From Acidobacteriota bacterium (GTDB lineage Bacteria; Acidobacteriota; Terriglobia; UBA7540), in the NCBI GenBank assembly GCA_021838785.1, contig JAKCCV010000004.1, forward strand, positions 83,537-147,536: a stretch of DNA of 64,000 nt, read 5' to 3'. The notes beneath the pieces were generated by a model. That model searched no databases. It saw only the letters and a list, made by a program, of their open reading frames with translations, and was not told the DNA's origin. This document shows, in pieces, positions 57,828-64,000 of this stretch. Position 1 is the first letter of the stretch. Each line of letters opens with the position of its first letter. Position numbers and translations under genes: made by a program.

Positions 57828-58685
57828 ATGACAAGCATGAAGCTTGGCATTGTAGGGTATGGCGTTGTCGGCAAGGCGCTGGCACGAATCTTTGCCTACG
57901 AGCCTGGCAGCACGCGAGTGTTTCTTTACGACACGGGGATTCCGGGAATAGATACGGAGGCGTCACGCTCCGCTATTCAGCAATGTGACCTAGTTTTCGT
58001 GGCCGTGCCGACACCCGAAGGGCCGGATGGCGCGTGCGACACCTCGGCGGTGGAGCAAGTTGTTCGGTGGGTTGAACCGCCGATCTGTATCAAGTCCACC
58101 GTGCCGCCCGGGACGGTGGATCGCCTCATGGCGGTCACCGGGCGAAAGATTTGTTTTAGCCCAGAGTATGTCGGCGAGACCCCATGGCATCCATGGAAAG
58201 AAATTGAGTCGCACGGATTTGTCATCGTCGGCGGGCATCCCGACGTTTGTGACCTAGTAGTGCGTGCCTACCAGGCCTTCCTGGGCCCCTTGGCGCGCTA
58301 TTACGTGACGGATGCGAAGACCGCCGAGCTCTGCAAGTATATGGAAAATGCCTTTTTGGCCACCAAGGTGGCATTTGTCAACCAATTTTATGACTTAGCG
58401 GAGGCCTTGGGCGTCAATTACAACGAGCTCCGCGAGCTCTGGCTGGCCGATGAGCGGATCGGAAGGTCACACACTATCGTCACCGAGGAACGAGGTTATC
58501 GCGGCCGATGCCTGCCCAAGGATATGGCTGCCATTATTCATGCCGCCCAAGCCGTGGGCGGCGCGCCGCTGCTCGAGGCCGTGGACCGCTACAACGATGA
58601 AGTGTGCCGCCGCGCCGATCAAGCTCGCGCAAGCCGTTCGGCTCAAACCTCGCCTCAAAACAAAACTCGGTCAGAAACCGCCTGA
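57828..58685 (+). CDS. UDP-glucose/GDP-mannose dehydrogenase family protein (short form)
   Basis: MKLGIVGYGVVGKAL (Rossmann), FSPEY, AELCKYMENAF, catalytic-Cys context GRCLPKD. It lacks the usual C-terminal UDP-binding domain. Confidence 0.65.
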   Translation: MTSMKLGIVGYGVVGKALARIFAYEPGSTRVFLYDTGIPGIDTEASRSAIQQCDLVFVAVPTPEGPDGACDTSAVEQVVRWVEPPICIKSTVPPGTVDRLMAVTGRKICFSPEYVGETPWHPWKEIESHGFVIVGGHPDVCDLVVRAYQAFLGPLARYYVTDAKTAELCKYMENAFLATKVAFVNQFYDLAEALGVNYNELRELWLADERIGRSHTIVTEERGYRGRCLPKDMAAIIHAAQAVGGAPLLEAVDRYNDEVCRRADQARASRSAQTSPQNKTRSETA

Positions 58686-58721
58686 TAACTTTCTTAGACC
58701 AGCACTGGAACTGCGCGCGCC

Positions 58722-59837
58722 TTAACGGACGGCCTCGCCTGCGGTGTTTCGTACAACGCGGATGATGCGGTTCAAATCATGGGCGGTCAGAGCCGGATGA
58801 ACGGGAAGGGACAAAACGGTTTTCGCCAGGCGAGTGCTTACCGGAAAATCTTCATCTCGACCATATCCTCGAAACAACGGCTGGCGGTGCAACGGCAGTG
58901 GATAGTGGACGGCTGTTTCGATTCCCTCGCGCGCCAGGCGGGCGCGGAATTCATCGCGGCTCATGCCCATCACGTTGGGGTTCAGGCGGATCGTGAAAGA
59001 ATTGTACACATGGAAATTACCCTCCGCCTCTTGAGGGATTTCGATGCCGGCGATGCCGGCCAATCCTCGCGCCAGCGCAGCGGCATTCTGCCGTCGCCTG
59101 CGGTTGCCTTCACTCAACTGGCGTAGCTGAGCCAAGCCGATGGCTGCCGCGACGTCCGTCAAGCGGAAATTGTAGCCAAGGCAAACGTGCTCGTAACGCC
59201 GGCGTTCGCCGTGCGAGCGCATCAGCCGTAGCTTCTCTGCCAGGCGGGCATTGGAGGTTACCAACATTCCGCCTTCTGCCGTGGTCAGGTTTTTTGTCGG
59301 ATAGAATGAATAGCAGACGATGTCACGGAATGAACCCACATCTTGGCCTTGGTGCTTCGCTCCGTGCGCTTGCGCCGCGTCCCCGATGAGGTGCAAGCGG
59401 TGCCGCCTGGCAAGCCGCTCGAGCGCTAGGATGTCGGCGGGGTGTCCATAAAGATGGACGGGCAGAATGGCACGAGTTCGGGAGGTGATGCGTCGTTCCA
59501 CATCGGCCGGCTCAAGCGTGAACGTCTTCTCATTAACATCCGCGAAAACCGGCCGCGCCCCCGCCGCCAGCACCATGGAAGCGGTCGCCACAAAGGTGAA
59601 ATCGGGTACGATGGCTTCGTCTCCCGGCCTCAAGAGTGCCTTAGCCGTCAGGAAGAGTGCGGAGGTTCCCGAGTTGACGGCAATTCCAAAACGCGCTCCC
59701 ACAAACCGCGCAAATTCAGACTCGAACCGCTCGGTAAGGGCGCCGGCCCGCAAATGGCCGCTCTTGAGAACTCGGCGCACGCCCTCGATTTCAGCTCGGC
59801 CAAGCTGAGGATGGGCGATGTGAATTTTGTGCGACAT
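58722..59837 (-). CDS. DegT/DnrJ/EryC1/StrS family sugar aminotransferase
   Basis: IHIAHPQLGRAEIEGVRRVLKSGHL, VNSGTSAL, SFYPTKNLTTAEGGM (PLP lysine context). ATG at 59837. Confidence 0.9.
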   Translation of the reverse strand: MSHKIHIAHPQLGRAEIEGVRRVLKSGHLRAGALTERFESEFARFVGARFGIAVNSGTSALFLTAKALLRPGDEAIVPDFTFVATASMVLAAGARPVFADVNEKTFTLEPADVERRITSRTRAILPVHLYGHPADILALERLARRHRLHLIGDAAQAHGAKHQGQDVGSFRDIVCYSFYPTKNLTTAEGGMLVTSNARLAEKLRLMRSHGERRRYEHVCLGYNFRLTDVAAAIGLAQLRQLSEGNRRRRQNAAALARGLAGIAGIEIPQEAEGNFHVYNSFTIRLNPNVMGMSRDEFRARLAREGIETAVHYPLPLHRQPLFRGYGRDEDFPVSTRLAKTVLSLPVHPALTAHDLNRIIRVVRNTAGEAVR

Positions 59838-60126
59838 AAAAGCTCCGGCCCTCGCGACCACAGATCCTGCTGGGGCTTTCCATGGCCCGACTTCCAGGGC
59901 CGTCGCGGCAGGAAAAGGAAAGCTGCTAACCTTGCCTCCTGACCTTCGACTCAGCCGGAGTGGATTATCATAGGGCCAGCAGCAGACACTCGCCAAGCAA
60001 GATCTTCGTCCGCGGCAGGCGAAACCGAAGCGGTAACACGCTCCAACGCGCCTTGACCGCTTTTCGGGGACATGTTAGGTTGGGTGTTTCTAACTGGCCT
60101 GACGAAATGGCAGTGAGGAGCGCAGC

Positions 60127-61257
60127 GTGGCCTCGCCAACGGAGGTGATTCTCAAACGCACGGCCCTGAACGCAGTCCACCGGGCCGCGGGTGCCAAGCT
60201 CGTCGAATTCGGCGGCTGGGAGATGCCGCTAGAGTATTCGGGAATCGCGGAGGAACACCTAGCGGTTCGGCGCGCGGCCGGTCTGTTTGACGTGAGTCAT
60301 ATGGGCGAAATTGAAGTTTCGGGGCCGGCCAGCGAACGCCTGCTCCAATACCTGACGGCCAATGACGTGGCGCGGCTGCAAATCGGCCAGGCACAATACA
60401 CCGCGCTGATGTACCCGCAAGGCAGTGCCGTGGACGATTGCGTGGTGCATCGGCTCGAGCGAGACAGGTTTCTCGTATGCGTGAATGCGGCCAATACGGC
60501 GAACGATTTTGCTTGGATTACCCAACACGACCAAGAGGGCGCGGTGGTGCAAGACCGTTCCGCGGAGTATTCGCAATTGGCGCTGCAAGGGCCCCAGGCG
60601 CCCAGCATTTTAGCTCGGTTGACCGACGCCGATCTCCGCGGCTTGCGCACCTATTGGTTCCTGCGCGCTCGCTGCTGTGGCGTCGAAGGCTGGATTGCGC
60701 GCACCGGCTACACGGGTGAGGATGGCTTTGAGTTTTATTTCCCGCCTTCGGAATCGGAACGAGTTTGGGATGCCATGCTCGAAGCGGGCCGACCGGAAGG
60801 ATTGGTTCCGGCCGGCCTCGGCGCCCGCAACACCCTGCGCCTGGAGGCCGCTTACCCGCTCTACGGGCACGAACTGGATGAGGAAACGACGCTGCTCGAG
60901 GCAGGGCTCGGCTGGATTTGCAAATTTGATAAGGGCGATTTCATGGGACGTGAAGCGTTGCTCGCGGAGCGCGAAAAGGGATTGAGAAAGAAGCTGGTGG
61001 GCTTCGAAATGGTCGAGCGGGGCATCGCGCGCGATGGATACACCGTTTGGATGGAAGGCCAGCCGGTCGGCAAGGTAACGAGCGGCTCGCCCGCGCCCTT
61101 CTTGAAAAAGAACATTGGGCTGGCTTACGTGCCGCCGCGCCTGGCCGCCGTCGGCGCGGAGATGCAGATTGAGATTCGAGGGAAACTGGTCGCCGCGCGA
61201 CAGTGCGCGCTGCCGTTTTACAAGCGACCCAAACCCTCGGTGACCGGAAAGGGATGA
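60127..61257 (+). CDS. gcvT: glycine cleavage system aminomethyltransferase T
   Basis: LKRTALNAVHRAAGAKLVEFGGWEMPLEYSGIAEEHLAVRRAAGLFDVSHMGEIEV. C-terminal FYKRP. GTG start. Confidence 0.95.
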   Translation: MASPTEVILKRTALNAVHRAAGAKLVEFGGWEMPLEYSGIAEEHLAVRRAAGLFDVSHMGEIEVSGPASERLLQYLTANDVARLQIGQAQYTALMYPQGSAVDDCVVHRLERDRFLVCVNAANTANDFAWITQHDQEGAVVQDRSAEYSQLALQGPQAPSILARLTDADLRGLRTYWFLRARCCGVEGWIARTGYTGEDGFEFYFPPSESERVWDAMLEAGRPEGLVPAGLGARNTLRLEAAYPLYGHELDEETTLLEAGLGWICKFDKGDFMGREALLAEREKGLRKKLVGFEMVERGIARDGYTVWMEGQPVGKVTSGSPAPFLKKNIGLAYVPPRLAAVGAEMQIEIRGKLVAARQCALPFYKRPKPSVTGKG

Positions 61258-61453
61258 GCCGTGAGGTGGAGTGCAGGGCCAGCGCGGTGTCGTCAGCGGA
61301 CGGGTTCGCGGTGCGCCATCCGCCAAGCCGCACATGGAGGCAGAAAGCTGGCGCCATGAAGACTTACCGGCATGGTCAAGTTAATGGGCGGATGGTTGGT
61401 TGAGGCGAGCCAACGTCGCTGAACATGATCTTCAGAAGGAAGGAGCCTCACGT

Positions 61454-61846
61454 TTGAGCTACCCGTCGGAATTTCTTTATACCAAGGACCACGAGTGGGT
61501 CCGCCTCGAGGGCGAAACGGCAACCATTGGTATTACCGACTACGCCCAAAAAGAATTGGGCGACATCGTTTTTGTGGAGCTTCCCAAGGTGGGGGACCAT
61601 CTCAAGGCCGCCGAGCCGTTGGGCGCCATCGAATCCGTGAAGGCCGTGTCGGATGTCTTCGCGCCGATCAGCGGAACCGTGGAAGCCATCAACGCGCAAC
61701 TTCAGGATAAGCCAGAAATCGTTAATTCCGACCCGCACGGGGAAGGATGGCTGATCCGTGTTCGAGTGGCGGACCCCAAAGAAACCGAACGATTGATGAC
61801 CGCCGATGCTTACGAGGCCTATCTGCACCAGACCCAAGCCCACTGA
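61454..61846 (+). CDS. gcvH: glycine cleavage system H protein
   Basis: YTKDHEWVRLEGETATIGITDYAQKELGDIVFVELP...ESVKAVSDV (lipoyl-lysine motif). TTG start at 61454, 7 nt after AAGGAGC. Confidence 0.9.
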   Translation: MSYPSEFLYTKDHEWVRLEGETATIGITDYAQKELGDIVFVELPKVGDHLKAAEPLGAIESVKAVSDVFAPISGTVEAINAQLQDKPEIVNSDPHGEGWLIRVRVADPKETERLMTADAYEAYLHQTQAH

Positions 61847-63216
61847 TGCGCTATCTTCCCAATTCCCAACGCGACCGTGAAGCGATGCTGGCGGCGGCCG
61901 GTTTTGGCTCGGCGGGCGAGTTGTTTGCGTCCATCCCCGATGCGCTCAAACTCCGCGAGCCGTTGAAGCTGCCCGGACCGTTTTCTGAACCTGAACTCGT
62001 GGAGTTCTTCAAGCAAATGGCGGCGCAAAGCGGCCGCGATTACGTTTCCTTGCTCGGAGCGGGAGCTTACACGCACTACCGGCCCGCGGCGATTGACGCC
62101 CTCATTTCGCGGGGCGAGTTTTTCACCGCGTACACTCCCTACCAAGCCGAAATCGCCCAGGGCACGCTGCAAGCGATGTTTGAGTTTCAAACCCTGATGG
62201 CCCAGCTTACGGGGATGGAAGTTGCCAATGCCTCGCTTTACGATGGCTCCACGGCAACCGCCGAGGCGGTCTTGATGGCGATGCGCCTGACACGGCGCAA
62301 CCGGGTGGTGGTCGCGCGCAGCCTGCACCCCGAATATCGTCAGGTCCTTGCCACCTACGTTCGGTCCCTGGGGACCGAACTAGCGGAAATTCCTTGGTCA
62401 GCTTCGGGCGAACTTGATTCGGAAGCCTTGCGCAGCGCGATAAACTCGGACACGGCTGGCGTCATCGTTCAATCGCCGAATTTCTTCGGGGTCATCGAAC
62501 AGGTGGAGGAGGCCGTAGAGGCGGCTCACGCAAGCGGAGCCCTGGTGATTGCCGTCGTGACCGAACCGTTGTCGCTGGCTCTCATCAAGCCGCCGGCCGG
62601 CGCGGATATTGTTTGCGGCGAGGGGCAATCTTTTGGCGTGCCGGTCGCTTTTGGCGGGCCGTATCTGGGTTTTCTCGCTACGCGCGAGAAGTTTGTCCGA
62701 CAGATGCCCGGACGCTTGGTGGGGCAAACGCAGGACCGGCGCGGCCAGCGCGGGTTTGTCCTCACGCTGGCCACCCGCGAGCAGCACATCCGACGGGAAA
62801 AGGCGACCTCCAACATTTGTACCAATCAGTCGCTCTGCGCTCTTGTGGCGACAATCTATCTCTGCCTGCTCGGCAAGCACGGGCTCAAGGTTTTGGCGGA
62901 GCAGAATTTTGCCAAGGCGCATTATGCGGCGCAAAGGCTGGCCTCGGAGGGCGGCGCATCGTTGCCGTTTTCGGGGCGGTTTTTTAATGAGTTCGTCGTC
63001 CGGACGCCCGGCCGTGCAGAAAAAATTCTCGCCGCGTTGCAGGAAGAAAAGATTTTGGGCGGCTTGCATCTCCGCCGCTTTTATCCCGAATTGCAAGACC
63101 ACCTGCTCGTCTGCGTCACGGAGACGGTTCGCCGCCGCAGGCTGGACCGGATGGTGGAGATTTACGCCGACTGCGGAAACTCAAGGGCAAGCCGCCGGTC
63201 TAACCCGGCCGAATGA
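61846..63216 (+). CDS. gcvPA: glycine dehydrogenase (aminomethyl-transferring) subunit 1
   Basis: MRYLPNSQRDREAMLAAAG..., YTPYQAEIAQGTLQAMFEFQT. The ATG overlaps the gcvH stop (TGATG at 61844-61848). Confidence 0.95.
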   Translation: MRYLPNSQRDREAMLAAAGFGSAGELFASIPDALKLREPLKLPGPFSEPELVEFFKQMAAQSGRDYVSLLGAGAYTHYRPAAIDALISRGEFFTAYTPYQAEIAQGTLQAMFEFQTLMAQLTGMEVANASLYDGSTATAEAVLMAMRLTRRNRVVVARSLHPEYRQVLATYVRSLGTELAEIPWSASGELDSEALRSAINSDTAGVIVQSPNFFGVIEQVEEAVEAAHASGALVIAVVTEPLSLALIKPPAGADIVCGEGQSFGVPVAFGGPYLGFLATREKFVRQMPGRLVGQTQDRRGQRGFVLTLATREQHIRREKATSNICTNQSLCALVATIYLCLLGKHGLKVLAEQNFAKAHYAAQRLASEGGASLPFSGRFFNEFVVRTPGRAEKILAALQEEKILGGLHLRRFYPELQDHLLVCVTETVRRRRLDRMVEIYADCGNSRASRRSNPAE

Positions 63217-63302
63217 TGCCCGGCCGGCCGGCGGACCGGTCTTTGCGATTCGCGCGGGCCTGAGCTACAGGCTTGACCCATGCTCTCCCGAGTTTAGACG
63301 AG

Positions 63303-64000
63303 ATGAAGAGTCGCGTACGCACCGCACGACCGCACGTTAATCAAAACGAAGCGCTCATCTTTGAGCGTTCCACTCCGGGCAAGTGTGGAGTGGATTTGCC
63401 GCCCCTCGACGTCCCATCCGCGTCGCCCGCCGAAGCGCTTGGCAGTCTCTATCGAGACGGCATTGAGGGCTTCCCTGAGGTTTCCGAGGTGGAAGTGGTT
63501 CGTCATTTTACCCGTCTTTCCACCTGGAATTACGGGGTGGACACCGGCATTTATCCCTTAGGTTCCTGCACGATGAAATATAACCCCCGCCTCAACGAGG
63601 CCGTGGCGCGGCTGGAGGGGCTGGCGACGGACCACCCTTATACGCCGGAAACGCTGGCGCAAGGCTGCCTACAAGTGCTCTATCAAACCGCCGAGTGCCT
63701 GGCGGAAATCACCGGCATGGATGCCGTTTCGCTCCAGCCGGCGGCCGGCGCCCAGGGTGAACTCACGGGCATCTTGATGATTCGCGCCTGGCTGACCGAG
63801 CGCGGCAATCCGCGCCGCTATGTCCTGGTTCCAGACTCGGCTCACGGCACCAACCCCGCGAGTGTCGCAATCTCGGGTTACCAAGCATTGCCTCTTAAAT
63901 CCAACGAGCGCGGTTGCCTGGACCTGCGCGAGCTTTCCGAAGCCATGACCGATGAAGTGGCGGCGCTGATGCTGACCAATCCCAATACGCTGGGCATCTT
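63303..64000 (+). CDS. gcvPB: glycine dehydrogenase subunit 2 (5' part; continues past the window end)
   Basis: My own translation from the ATG at 63303: ...LIFERSTPGKCGVDLP...EVEVVRHFTRLSTWNYGVDTGIYPLGSCTMKYNPRLNE. The frame stays open to 64000. Confidence 0.9.
   Translation, partial: MKSRVRTARPHVNQNEALIFERSTPGKCGVDLPPLDVPSASPAEALGSLYRDGIEGFPEVSEVEVVRHFTRLSTWNYGVDTGIYPLGSCTMKYNPRLNEAVARLEGLATDHPYTPETLAQGCLQVLYQTAECLAEITGMDAVSLQPAAGAQGELTGILMIRAWLTERGNPRRYVLVPDSAHGTNPASVAISGYQALPLKSNERGCLDLRELSEAMTDEVAALMLTNPNTLGI

Noticed and set aside
59838-60126. Possible glycine riboswitch upstream of gcvT.
   Set aside because: Only a weak partial resemblance (accgaagcggtaac versus the conserved CCGAAGG(A/G)GCAA core). 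I could not find the GGAGAG P1 strand or the CUCAGGCAAAAGGAC-like 3' element. An Infernal scan with the Rfam glycine riboswitch model would settle it.

Overview
High-GC bacterial chromosomal segment. The gene content points to Acidobacteriota: VWFA-related domain protein, TonB-dependent receptors with CarboxypepD_reg-type N-termini, and a multihaem cytochrome paired with a CRTAC1/ASPIC-like protein. This assignment is inferred from content, not searched. The backbone is housekeeping: FliA-like sigma factor, htrA, cold-shock protein, STAS antagonist, ftsK, tRNA-Phe, kbl, scpB, family-5 UDG, plsY, rmuC, UvrD-type helicase-nuclease and the gcvT-gcvH-gcvPA-gcvPB operon. Several accessory patches interrupt it. 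(1) 14.9-20.0 kb is a mosaic islet between the STAS gene and a TPR gene. It holds a type II R-M module (SPPY-type methyltransferase plus NgoMIV-like endonuclease) bracketed by direct copies of a ~290-bp hairpin-headed repeat. Next to it sits an uncharacterised, translationally coupled two-gene cassette (154-aa unknown plus DUF1828/DUF1829-like 263-aa protein) bracketed by ~243-bp direct repeats that duplicate the 3' end of the TPR gene. (2) 28.6-31.3 kb lies directly 3' of tRNA-Phe. It carries a decayed methyltransferase remnant and an ABC/AAA15-type ATPase plus small Toprim-like (DUF4276/DUF4435-like) two-gene module, i.e. a split OLD/PARIS-like architecture. (3) 32.7-34.5 kb holds a Dam-like methyltransferase and a NotI-family-like endonuclease that are convergent, with 3' ends overlapping by 120 nt. 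(4) 50.7-51.7 kb is an IS scar with abutting IS3 orfA and IS1380 transposase fragments. Other points of interest are a five-gene lipid cluster at 43.1-50.7 kb resembling a split myxobacterial ElbD ether-lipid system, and a compact promoter / 12-codon poly-lysine ORF / terminator unit at 52.9-53.1 kb. No CRISPR array, rRNA, integrase or intact transposase was seen. All functional calls come from motif recognition by eye; no database search was run.
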